64,000 bases of DNA from Candidatus Omnitrophota bacterium (GTDB lineage Bacteria; Omnitrophota; Gorgyraeia; Gygaellales; Profunditerraquicolaceae). The notes under the pieces are model-generated. The model saw only the letters and a program-made list of their open reading frames with translations. It was not told the origin of the DNA and did no database searches. Positions 44,669 through 53,155 of this stretch are shown piece after piece (the stretch's first letter is position 1; every line of letters starts with the position of its first letter). The DNA lies in contig JAKLGJ010000004.1 in assembly GCA_022710715.1 (NCBI GenBank), forward strand, positions 320,166 through 384,165. Reading direction: 5' to 3'. Position numbers and translations under genes: made by a program.

Positions 44669-44962
44669 ATGTTCAAACTGATAATGGCTATACTTCCGAA
44701 AGGGAAAATTAAGGCAGTAATGCCGGTTCTTAAAGACGCCGGTATTTTTGGCGCTACCATGTTTCCCGGAAAAGGGATGTGTACGGCAGAGGGCCGACGC
44801 GCGCTCGGCTTGCGTATTAACTCATCGAGAGAAATCCTGATGCTGCTCACCCTGGATCGCAATAAAGATAAGCTCATCACATTGCTGGAACACCACGGCA
44901 CATTAAAAGATCCGGGCCAGGGTATTGTTTTTGTGATGGATATCAGTCAAGTTATCGGATAA
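44669..44962 (+). CDS. P-II family protein (short, divergent)
   Basis: 'LIMAILPKGKIKAVMPVLKDAGIFGATMFPGKGMCTAEG' and C-terminal 'GQGIVFVMDISQVIG' parallel the GlnB T-loop and C-terminal regions. Confidence 0.5.
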   Translation: MFKLIMAILPKGKIKAVMPVLKDAGIFGATMFPGKGMCTAEGRRALGLRINSSREILMLLTLDRNKDKLITLLEHHGTLKDPGQGIVFVMDISQVIG

Positions 44963-44977
44963 ACGTAAGGAGGAGCC

Positions 44978-45439
44978 ATGGCAATAAACGTGTTTGTGAG
45001 TTTTAACCAGACTGATCTGAAGCAATGCGAAGCCTTCAATGTCCTTAAAGATCAATCAAAGCATGCATTTGAGGCTTGCGATCATAGTTTAAAAGAAATA
45101 TCAACTGACGGGATCGAGCAATTGATACAGTGCCGGCTGAATGAGGGCCGTTCAAAAGCATTACGGGAAGAGATTATCAAGAAATTTGAGCAGTGTGCCA
45201 AATTAGTCGTTTTAATCGGAAACGAGACTTTTAAGAATGAATGGGTGGAGTGGGAGGTAAATAATTTTTATAAAATGAAAAACGCGCTTTTGCCGGGGAA
45301 AGCGTGGATGAGTATTCGCGGCATGTTCCTTGAGGGTTGCGAAAAAGCAACAGAGCCGAAGGCCCTGGAATGCAGATCGACAAATGGCCTGGTATGGGAC
45401 CCCGAGGCTTTAGAGAAATGGATAGAAGCAGGATCCTGA
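44978..45439 (+). CDS. TIR-like domain protein (DUF1863 / ThsB-like)
   Basis: 'AINVFVSFNQTD' (compare VFISFxxxD) and 'CAKLVVLIGNETFKNEWVEWEV' (compare CDGVIVLLSKNTWKSxWVxWEI) match the MTH538/ThsB TIR-like pattern. 153 aa. Confidence 0.5.
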   Translation: MAINVFVSFNQTDLKQCEAFNVLKDQSKHAFEACDHSLKEISTDGIEQLIQCRLNEGRSKALREEIIKKFEQCAKLVVLIGNETFKNEWVEWEVNNFYKMKNALLPGKAWMSIRGMFLEGCEKATEPKALECRSTNGLVWDPEALEKWIEAGS

Positions 45440-45493
45440 GACGCTTTCCCCTGGACAAAATTTTTTGCAGGCAAGTAGACCCACCGTAAGCCA

Positions 45494-45528
45494 AAAGGCG
45501 GCTACTTTTTAAGTAGCCGCCTTTTCCG
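45494..45528. terminator. strong bidirectional rho-independent terminator
   Basis: AAAAGGCGGCTACTTtttAAGTAGCCGCCTTTT perfect hairpin with flanking A/T runs. Confidence 0.8.
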
Positions 45529-45686
45529 TTTCACATGAAATACCCTTGCGACTCATCCGCCCAGGTGTTATAATTATCTCATATTAAGGAGTTGGAGGAT
45601 GAGCAGGTCAGAATGGATTCGATAACCTGGAGGTGGCTTTTTGTCTCCGGGTTTTTTGTTTGACAATCACATTTAATAGGAGACGC

Positions 45687-46088
45687 ATGTTAAGATTTGA
45701 ATATGACCCGGATAAGATTTTCACTAGAATTATAAGCCTTGCATGTGAGATGGCAATCGATTGCATTCCTGATTACGACGATGACGATTTCGAATGTTTC
45801 TTCCCTCTTGCATCTAAATGTCTATCGAAGGACATGGTGAGGAAAACACTGAAAGAATTGAAGAAAAAGAATGAAGATTCCCATCTCTGGGTATTGAACG
45901 ATTATCATTATAGTCTGCTATATGACTTGTTGAGGGCGTTTTGCGGTGTCCAGAATGATATAGCTAAAGAATCTAATGAGCCTATCTTGAAAATCGACGG
46001 ATCAAAAATATATGAGATCGATTTTGATGAAATAGTCGAGCATTACTTCTATGATCTGGATTTCCTTTTGCCTAAAAAATATTCTTAA
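45687..46088 (+). CDS. hypothetical protein
   Basis: 133 aa, acidic ('DYDDDDFECFF'). TAGGAGA RBS. Confidence 0.35.
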   Translation: MLRFEYDPDKIFTRIISLACEMAIDCIPDYDDDDFECFFPLASKCLSKDMVRKTLKELKKKNEDSHLWVLNDYHYSLLYDLLRAFCGVQNDIAKESNEPILKIDGSKIYEIDFDEIVEHYFYDLDFLLPKKYS

Positions 46089-46090
46089 AT

Positions 46091-46273
46091 ATGACTGAAG
46101 AGCATAAAGAACAAATGGGTTTCGCTGAAGGGACCTTCGGAGTGATCATAGGATTGAAAGCGCATCCTGATGAGCTTAAGATGGAACTGTTCGATAGGAA
46201 AAAACACATTCCCGGCGCGCCCGACAATTCTTTATATGAAAAAGGTTCGGAAATATATCCCGGTCCAGTGTAA
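46091..46273 (+). CDS. small hypothetical protein
   Basis: 60-aa ORF immediately downstream of the preceding gene. Confidence 0.25.
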   Translation: MTEEHKEQMGFAEGTFGVIIGLKAHPDELKMELFDRKKHIPGAPDNSLYEKGSEIYPGPV

Positions 46274-46335
46274 TATGGCGGGGATCTGCCGCAAGGATCC
46301 TGCGATCCGCGTTGTTGTATTAAGGAGGATGCGAT

Positions 46336-46998
46336 ATGAGTTTCGCCGGAGATTGGTTGAAGAAAGAAAACGAGGCGTATGTCAGCTCGATTGCCGGGCT
46401 TCTGGCGGCGCTGGTTTTCACTGCGGATAAAAAGGCATATATCTGTCAGCAGCCGTTCGATTTCAACGTTTCGCTGGTGCTGTTTGTTTTCGTCGCGCTC
46501 CTGCGGTTGAAAGTCCATGTTTGTGAAACGCGGCTGGAGGGGTTTTCCCGGAGGCTGACTGTTGAGAATCTGGGAAAACTTGGGATGGCTCGGCTTACTG
46601 TCCGGGGGGATATATATCTATTTGCTCTCACGTTATTAAGCCTGGCAGTGATGCATGTTTATTTATTCCTGCCGGCGATGATGTTTTTTGTGATTACGGA
46701 TATCATCAGCTGTGCTGTCTCCTTGAAATATCTGGAGAAAATCGGCACGGATTGGGCAGAAGGCGTGTTCGATCCGTATCGATTATTCAGAGGTTGGATC
46801 GCTTTAGGTGTTATCAATGTGATTGGAATTATTCTGCTGGTGATAATGTCTTTATTTTTTGTCGCGGACATCAGGGTCGCTTTGGTCGAGTACTTTGCCT
46901 TTTGGCTCACGGGACTGGACATATTCGCGGACTTGATGATTGGCAGAGATTTTTATTTCAATTATTATTACCATGCCGAAGCAGAGCCCAAGCATTAA
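46336..46998 (+). CDS. hypothetical polytopic membrane protein
   Basis: 220 aa with about 5 hydrophobic helices. AGGAGG RBS. Confidence 0.45.
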   Translation: MSFAGDWLKKENEAYVSSIAGLLAALVFTADKKAYICQQPFDFNVSLVLFVFVALLRLKVHVCETRLEGFSRRLTVENLGKLGMARLTVRGDIYLFALTLLSLAVMHVYLFLPAMMFFVITDIISCAVSLKYLEKIGTDWAEGVFDPYRLFRGWIALGVINVIGIILLVIMSLFFVADIRVALVEYFAFWLTGLDIFADLMIGRDFYFNYYYHAEAEPKH

Positions 46999-47881
46999 AA
47001 TAGTCGATCTGGTAGAAGTGTGTCGGCAGGACCGGCATAAGTTCGAGCGTCTGTTTAAACAAGCGCAGAAGATTTATCATGCATCTTTCCGTTCTGAAGA
47101 GAAGGAGAGCACTGCGTGCATCCGCAGGTTCATCTGGGACGCGGCACGGGATTCCGGGGATGGCAGCGGCTATCGTTTCTGCTATCTGATTCCTCTTCTG
47201 GGCAAGCGTGTTGGCGGGATGTTTATGTTCGAAATGATCCCTCTGCCGGGTAAGAGCCTTATGGCTTTTTTAGGGTATATCGCTGTTGACCGGTCTCTTC
47301 GCGGAATGGGGATTGCCAAAAGGCTCATCCAGGAGTTTCGGCGGTTTTTTTTAGCGCAAGCGAAGCAATACAAATTGAAACCTTTGGGTGGTTTCGGCGA
47401 GGTGGAAAAACCGGATCTGTCCGTAGCTGACGATTTGAGGAATAAAATTCGTCCGGGATTCCATCATAATGTCTGCAATTTCGGGGTGATGACGGTATTG
47501 ACAGCGGGAAATCGTTTTAAGATCCTGCCGTATTTTCAGCCGGGTATTTCCCGGAATAGGGGCGCGATCGAACCGCCGGTGCCGTTTTTGCCCTGTATCA
47601 TGAGGGTTTTCGGGAAAACATTCCGAAAATTGCCGGTGGGGGCGGGGAAGGTGGTTGATCACGCGGGTCAATTGAAACTCCCGATAAAAAGCTTACCTGT
47701 CATGAATAGCGCTGTTGCTTTGCAAATGATCCACGGAGTGTATAATTCTTACCGGGAAGGCGCGGAATACAGCAAGAACCAGATAGATAAACTTGAAGAC
47801 AATATTCGGCGTAATCTGGAGGGGTATCGTAAAGTATATATTGTGCCTATCCCGGATACAGCTTACATTCCTTTGAAATAG
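46973..47881 (+). CDS. GNAT family N-acetyltransferase (extended C-terminus)
   Basis: 'FLGYIAVDRSLRGMGIAKRLIQEF' is GNAT motif A (acetyl-CoA binding R/QxxGxG/A). Start is uncertain. Confidence 0.5.
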   Translation: MPKQSPSIKIVDLVEVCRQDRHKFERLFKQAQKIYHASFRSEEKESTACIRRFIWDAARDSGDGSGYRFCYLIPLLGKRVGGMFMFEMIPLPGKSLMAFLGYIAVDRSLRGMGIAKRLIQEFRRFFLAQAKQYKLKPLGGFGEVEKPDLSVADDLRNKIRPGFHHNVCNFGVMTVLTAGNRFKILPYFQPGISRNRGAIEPPVPFLPCIMRVFGKTFRKLPVGAGKVVDHAGQLKLPIKSLPVMNSAVALQMIHGVYNSYREGAEYSKNQIDKLEDNIRRNLEGYRKVYIVPIPDTAYIPLK

Positions 47882-47943
47882 ACAGTGATGTGTTTTAAAT
47901 GGATGCTCCCCGGTAGGGCCCGGGAAGCATCCCTTGATTCTTT

Positions 47944-49266
47944 CTACTCGACTATACCCCAGGGGGCGGGTTCGGATTTCTGCATGTTCTGGTGATGTCT
48001 TTTCCAGAACTCGCACCACCAGTGCGGCGGCTGGATCTTGTCGCCGGTGTATTCCGTAGGCCTGCGGGTTTCTCCGCCGCATACCAGGCTGCCTACGTAA
48101 TCCGCCTGCGCATAGACTTTCTCGATCTGCTGGGATATCTCGCGCATGTCTTGGTCTGATACCACGCCGTTGGAGGTGGCTTTGTAGAATTGCACGGTCA
48201 CCCGGATGGGGAAGGCCGGGTCGCGTTCGATCGCCAGGTGGTCGATCTCGGTGAAGGGGCCTTCGACTTTTCCGTGGCCGATGACCGCGTTTTCCACGTC
48301 GCTTTTGGATTCGGCGCATTTTTCTTTCATCATCCCGAGGCTGTCATATGCGGCCGGATATTCCGCGTAGAGATGCCGCATGGGTTTTCTTTGTTTCAGC
48401 GGGACCTGGATCAGAAGCACCATGTTCAATCCGGCTTTTTCGTCAGCGGCAGCGCTGCGGCGAATGGTCTGCGGATCTGCGCGGAAATCGCTGATCCTCT
48501 GTCCGGTGAGGCTGGCCCGTTCGCCGTTCTGATTGAAGAAAAGCCGCTGTCCCCAGCTGCGGCCCGCCTGGAATGCGTCGCGGGTGTTGTCGATCACGGT
48601 CACGCTGGTGCCTTCGCGGGTGGCGACGATGGTCAGCACCGCCGGGTCGCCCTGGGTGGACTGGTAGTTGAAGAGCACCGGGTTGAATTCGGCTATCCCG
48701 TCTTCAGGGATAGGCAGGAAGCAGGCCTGCGCGCTTACCAGAGCGTGCGAGTCGCGGGGAGCCAGCAGGGAGGTGCGATTGCCTTTCCAGGAACCCGGCT
48801 CGCTTAAATAAGAGCGGATATCGCCTAAGAATTCTTTCAAAGTAACGCGTTTCAAGTTCCGGCCTTTTTCATTTCCCACCAGGATATAGAATTTATCCAG
48901 AGGCACGTCTCCGGTTTTGTCCGAGAAATTCGCGTAACGGATCACCGGCATGCAGAAAAGGTCATAATTGCCGGTGCGGGGATCCTGGCGCTGCACCTGT
49001 ATGGTCATATCGCTGATGTTCGGGCCTACGCTTGAGCCTTTGTATCTGCCGGTATCTTCCCAGGTCAGGTCCAGGATGGAAAGCCCGTATCTGCGCGCCA
49101 GCTCCCGGGCTAATGGCTGATGCACCATGCCCACGGTTTCCTGAATGACTGTTCTATACGGATCGTATCCGCAATCGATCTCGCGGCTGTAGCCTGCCGC
49201 AGGCAGGAGAACGATTTCCAGGACCCAACACACCGCTAACAGTACCCGCATGACCTTTGTATCCAT
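47944..49266 (-). CDS. hypothetical secreted protein
   Basis: Signal peptide 'MRVLLAVCWVLEIVLLPAAGYS'. AAGGAGG RBS on the minus strand upstream of the ATG at 49266. Confidence 0.5.
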   Translation of the reverse strand: MDTKVMRVLLAVCWVLEIVLLPAAGYSREIDCGYDPYRTVIQETVGMVHQPLARELARRYGLSILDLTWEDTGRYKGSSVGPNISDMTIQVQRQDPRTGNYDLFCMPVIRYANFSDKTGDVPLDKFYILVGNEKGRNLKRVTLKEFLGDIRSYLSEPGSWKGNRTSLLAPRDSHALVSAQACFLPIPEDGIAEFNPVLFNYQSTQGDPAVLTIVATREGTSVTVIDNTRDAFQAGRSWGQRLFFNQNGERASLTGQRISDFRADPQTIRRSAAADEKAGLNMVLLIQVPLKQRKPMRHLYAEYPAAYDSLGMMKEKCAESKSDVENAVIGHGKVEGPFTEIDHLAIERDPAFPIRVTVQFYKATSNGVVSDQDMREISQQIEKVYAQADYVGSLVCGGETRRPTEYTGDKIQPPHWWCEFWKRHHQNMQKSEPAPWGIVE

Positions 49267-49491
49267 GTTGCCTCCTTGTGTAGAGACACAACACCGGCGC
49301 AATTCCGATTTGCGCCGGGTGTATCTTGTTATGGTTGATTTTCCCTTCTCACTTCTTTAGACAGGAAAAAGGGGATTTTGTTCCCAAAATCTTTTGCGCT
49401 TTAATTGGCTTGAGTTTTCCCGGGCGTGTACTATCATATAGGAAGAATATCTTCAATTATCCGGGAACTTTCAGCCTTAAAACTTGTCTAA

Positions 49492-50031
49492 ATGAGTGAA
49501 AACCAGGATTTCAATGAGTTGGTCCTGAAATACCAGGACCGCGTATTTAATCTTTGTTACCGCTTCATGGGTAATTACGAAGAGGCGGATGACTGCGCGC
49601 AGGAAGTGTTCCTGAAAGTGTACCGCTCGTTAAAAGATTTTCGGGGAGAATCGTCCTTAAGCACCTGGGTTTACCGCATCGCGGTGAATACCTGCAAGAA
49701 CAGGTTGATGTCGCGGGAATACCGCGAGCGCAAGCGAACCATCAGCATAGACGCGCCGGTGCAGACCGAAGAGGGCGAGGTCGGCCTGGAGATAAAAGAC
49801 GAATCGCGCTCTCCTGCGCGCGAGCTGGATGCCAGGGAGAAAGATGCTTTGATCCAGGAGGCGATTGCCGCTTTGCCGGAGGATCAGCGGCAGGTCGTGG
49901 TTTTACGGGATATCGAGGCGCTTTCGTACGAGGAAATTGCCGGGATCACCGGCTTGAACATCGGTACGGTCAAATCCAAACTTTCCCGCGCGCGCCAGGC
50001 GCTGTGCGAAAAGTTAAGGAGGCTGATATAG
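49492..50031 (+). CDS. RNA polymerase ECF-type sigma factor
   Basis: Region 2 'EVFLKVYR...LSTWVYRIAVNTCKN'. Region 4 'LSYEEIAGITGLNIGTVKSKLSRAR'. Confidence 0.85.
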   Translation: MSENQDFNELVLKYQDRVFNLCYRFMGNYEEADDCAQEVFLKVYRSLKDFRGESSLSTWVYRIAVNTCKNRLMSREYRERKRTISIDAPVQTEEGEVGLEIKDESRSPARELDAREKDALIQEAIAALPEDQRQVVVLRDIEALSYEEIAGITGLNIGTVKSKLSRARQALCEKLRRLI

Positions 50032-50033
50032 CT

Positions 50034-50876
50034 ATGGAATGCCCGCAAGCGAAAGAATTATTATCGCAATACCTGGACGATATGCTCGAGCCGCAGGAGA
50101 AAGCGCAGTTGGAGCAGCATCTGGAGGCGTGTTCGGCCTGCAAAGATAAGCTGGCCCAACTCAAGCGCTATGCCGGGACTATGGCTGCTCTGCCTAAGGT
50201 CAAAGCGCCGGCGGATTTTCTGGAAAAAGTGCAGGAGCGCATCGAGCGCAGGTCCGAATTCGAATCCGTGATCCGGGGATTCTTCAAACCTTCGCCGATG
50301 AAGACTAAAGTCGCGGCGCTGGCGATGGTGATGTTCGCGATGATCGCGGTTTATAAGATGATCGCGCCGGAGTTTACGGCATATAAACTTTCGCCGGCAG
50401 TAGAGAAGCGCAAAGCGCTCGGATCAACCGCGTCTGAAGAGGTCTTTAAATCAACCGCGCCGGTAGTGGCTGATGCAGCACCCAGGGCGGAAAGTCGCGC
50501 ATTTACGGCAGAAAAAGAAGCTGTTTCGGCGTATAGCGATACGCTCGGTTTGACTGCGTCGGCGGCGGCAAACGCCGTGGAGCTGCAGGCAACTTTGACC
50601 GCGCTTGACGCGCAAGGCAGAGTGCTATCTTTAAATGAGGTTATCGATGTCGTAACCCGGATCATCGGGAGCGTCGAAGGCCAGTTGATCGAGTTGACCC
50701 GGGATAGTGACAACCAGGCTCGCTTCACCTTCAAAATCCCCGCTATTGCCTATCCCGCAGTGGTCAAACAACTGGAGCAATTAGCCGCAGTCAGCGCTGC
50801 GCCTGACGCGCCGGCCGTTGACCAGGGCTGGGTAGAGGTTATTCTTTCCCTGATCCGGCCGCTGGTCGTGGAATAA
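50034..50876 (+). CDS. anti-sigma factor (zf-HC2)
   Basis: 'HLEACSACKDKL' zinc finger and a central TM helix. AAGGAGG RBS. ATG lies 2 nt after the sigma factor stop. Confidence 0.65.
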   Translation: MECPQAKELLSQYLDDMLEPQEKAQLEQHLEACSACKDKLAQLKRYAGTMAALPKVKAPADFLEKVQERIERRSEFESVIRGFFKPSPMKTKVAALAMVMFAMIAVYKMIAPEFTAYKLSPAVEKRKALGSTASEEVFKSTAPVVADAAPRAESRAFTAEKEAVSAYSDTLGLTASAAANAVELQATLTALDAQGRVLSLNEVIDVVTRIIGSVEGQLIELTRDSDNQARFTFKIPAIAYPAVVKQLEQLAAVSAAPDAPAVDQGWVEVILSLIRPLVVE

Positions 50877-50877
50877 T

Positions 50878-51042
50878 TTATTTCTCTTTAGGTTTGCCGG
50901 GCGTGCGCACGAATACCGCCCACTCGTGTAATTCATCGACTTCTTTCTTGAGATCTTCGATCGCGGAGTTGAGTTGCCGGTAACGGATCTCGAAGCCGAG
51001 CAGAATGAATAAAGCGCAGATGGTTATATAGATCACATTCAT
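50878..51042 (-). CDS. possible small membrane protein (54 aa, below ORF-track cutoff)
   Basis: Translates to 'MNVIYITICALFILLGFEIRYRQLNSAIEDLKKEVDELHEWAVFVRTPGKPKEK'. GGAGGG RBS lies 6 nt upstream on the minus strand. TM helix plus amphipathic helix. Confidence 0.35.
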   Translation of the reverse strand: MNVIYITICALFILLGFEIRYRQLNSAIEDLKKEVDELHEWAVFVRTPGKPKEK

Positions 51043-51158
51043 GGTCCCTCCGGTTTGCCGGGTATATGCATATTATCGGCTGAAAAAGTCCAAGCTGTGG
51101 GAAAATAATCAAACAGAGGCGAAGTTCCTCGAAAGCAGATAGAAGGAGGGCAGCGAAC

Positions 51159-51848
51159 ATGGAAGAATTTTGCAGAAAATTTCCCCTGATGTGGGGCGTG
51201 TATATGCGCAAAGCGATAATCCTGGCGGCGGTGGTGCTGTGGTGTGTTTTGTGGGGCAGCGCGGCCGGCGCGGCGCAGCTTCCGAAGGTTATTTCTCTGC
51301 CGGCGCCCAGGACTCAAGGCGGTATGCCGCTGATGCAGGCGTTGAAGCAGCGCAGCAGCAACAGGGACTATAGCTCGAAAGAGCTTTCTTTGCAGACTCT
51401 TTCCGACCTGCTCTGGGCAGGATTCGGCGTCAGCCGCCCTGACGGCAGGCGCACCGCGCCTTCCGCGGCGAATGTGCAGGAGATTGATATTTATGTGGCT
51501 AAAGCTGACGGATTGTTCCGCTATAACGCGCAAGCGAATGCCCTGGAGTTGATCGTTGCCGAGGATATCCGCGCATCTACCGGGAAACAGCCGTTTGTGC
51601 AGAGTGCCGCGGTCAATCTGATCTATGTCGCGGATTTCTCCAGGCAAGGAAGATTCGGAACGCAGAAAGATTCCTGGGCGGCGATGGATGCGGGATTTAT
51701 CGCGGAGAATGTGTATCTGTTCTGCGCTTCCGAAGGATTGGCTACGGTGGCAAGGGGATTGTTCGACGCGGAGCTGCTCGCCAAAAACATGAAACTGCGC
51801 GCTGATCAGAAAGTTGTGCTTACGCAGTCTATCGGTTATCCGCAATAA
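51159..51848 (+). CDS. nitroreductase family protein (SagB-type dehydrogenase-like)
   Basis: 'LQTLSDLLWAGFGVSRPDGRRTAPSAANVQEIDIYV' is the nitroreductase core. AGGAGGG RBS before 51159. An internal ATG at 51204 is an alternative start. Confidence 0.65.
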   Translation: MEEFCRKFPLMWGVYMRKAIILAAVVLWCVLWGSAAGAAQLPKVISLPAPRTQGGMPLMQALKQRSSNRDYSSKELSLQTLSDLLWAGFGVSRPDGRRTAPSAANVQEIDIYVAKADGLFRYNAQANALELIVAEDIRASTGKQPFVQSAAVNLIYVADFSRQGRFGTQKDSWAAMDAGFIAENVYLFCASEGLATVARGLFDAELLAKNMKLRADQKVVLTQSIGYPQ

Positions 51849-51968
51849 GGCCAGTGGCCTCTTTTTAGGTAGATAAAAGTCAATAAAAAGTGTGCTTAGC
51901 CCATGTGCAGTTATGGGTTAATGCGGTACTATACAGTGGAGTGCCGTATTCCTAAAAGGAGGTGGGCC

Positions 51969-52355
51969 ATGAAACAGCGGATTTTAATGATCGCGGTAAT
52001 GCTTTTGATCGTGCTGTTGAGCTTTGTTTTCGCCCAGGAGAATACCCAGAACCAGACTCAAACCCAATCGCAATCGGGTATGATGGGACAGGGCATGATG
52101 GGGCAGGGCATGATGAACAGGAAGATGATGGACCGGGACATAATGAGTTCGATGATGGAAAAGAAAATAGTGGCTACCAACGACGGCGGCGTGGTGGTAT
52201 GGATCGGGAATAAGCTTTTCAAATACGATAAAGAACTTAAGCTGGTGAAGGAAACCGAGATCAAGATCGATATGCCAAAAATGCAGGAGAAGATGGGCTG
52301 CGCCGGCGGAGAATTCCAGCCTCCGGAGCGGTATCATCAATCCCAGGGGTATTAA
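51969..52355 (+). CDS. Met-rich periplasmic protein (putative copper-binding)
   Basis: Signal peptide followed by 'SGMMGQGMMGQGMMNRKMMDRDIMSSMM', an MxxMM-type Cu(I)-binding-like run. Confidence 0.5.
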   Translation: MKQRILMIAVMLLIVLLSFVFAQENTQNQTQTQSQSGMMGQGMMGQGMMNRKMMDRDIMSSMMEKKIVATNDGGVVVWIGNKLFKYDKELKLVKETEIKIDMPKMQEKMGCAGGEFQPPERYHQSQGY

Positions 52356-52482
52356 GAAGTCGGCCAGCAGATTTTCGCTGTTTGTCCGCGGCGCCGGAGG
52401 AACCCGGCGCCTTTTTTGTTGAGGTGAGGCCGGCGGGGCGGTATAATCATAATAGAAGACAAGGTAAGGCGCAAGGAGACAG

Positions 52483-53151
52483 ATGAGAATTTTGCTGGTG
52501 GAAGATGAGGAGCGGATCGCGTCGTTCGTGGCGCGCGGATTGAAAGAAGCCCATTATGTGGTGGATGTCGCCCACGATGGGGAAAAAGGGCTTTTTATGG
52601 CCGAGGTCAACGAGTACGATCTGGTCATTCTCGATATCATGCTTCCCGGGAAAGACGGTATTTCGGTGTGCCGGGAATTACGCGCTAAGAAGATCGACAC
52701 CCCGATCCTGATGCTTTCCGCAAAAGACACCACGGACGATAAAGTCAGAGGCCTGAATTTCGGCGCGGACGATTACCTGGCCAAGCCGTTCGCTTTCAAA
52801 GAGCTTCTCGCCAGGGTGCAGGCGCTGTTGCGCAGAAAAGCGCCGGAAAAGGGGGGCGTCCTGCACGTGGGCGATCTGGAATTGAATCAGCTTACCCATA
52901 AAGTCATCCGCGCGGGAAAAGAAATAGAGCTGACCAGCAAGGAATTCGCGCTGCTGGAGTATATGATGCTCAACGCCGGCAAGGTTATTACCCGCACCAT
53001 GATCTCCGAACACGTCTGGCATGAGGATTTCGATTCTTTCACCAATGTCATCGATGTCTATATGAATTACCTGCGCAACAAAGTGTGCAAGGGATTCAAA
53101 AAACCGCTTATTCAAACCGTCCGCGGCTCGGGATACATAATCCAGGACTGA
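52483..53151 (+). CDS. OmpR-family response regulator (CusR/CopR-like)
   Basis: Receiver plus winged-helix. High identity to 39767..40441. Confidence 0.85.
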   Translation: MRILLVEDEERIASFVARGLKEAHYVVDVAHDGEKGLFMAEVNEYDLVILDIMLPGKDGISVCRELRAKKIDTPILMLSAKDTTDDKVRGLNFGADDYLAKPFAFKELLARVQALLRRKAPEKGGVLHVGDLELNQLTHKVIRAGKEIELTSKEFALLEYMMLNAGKVITRTMISEHVWHEDFDSFTNVIDVYMNYLRNKVCKGFKKPLIQTVRGSGYIIQD

Positions 53152-53155
53152 TTTC

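Noticed and set aside
51039-51845. 268-aa minus-strand ORF opposite the nitroreductase gene
   Set aside because: Antisense artefact. The plus-strand ORF has a strong RBS and the nitroreductase core motif.
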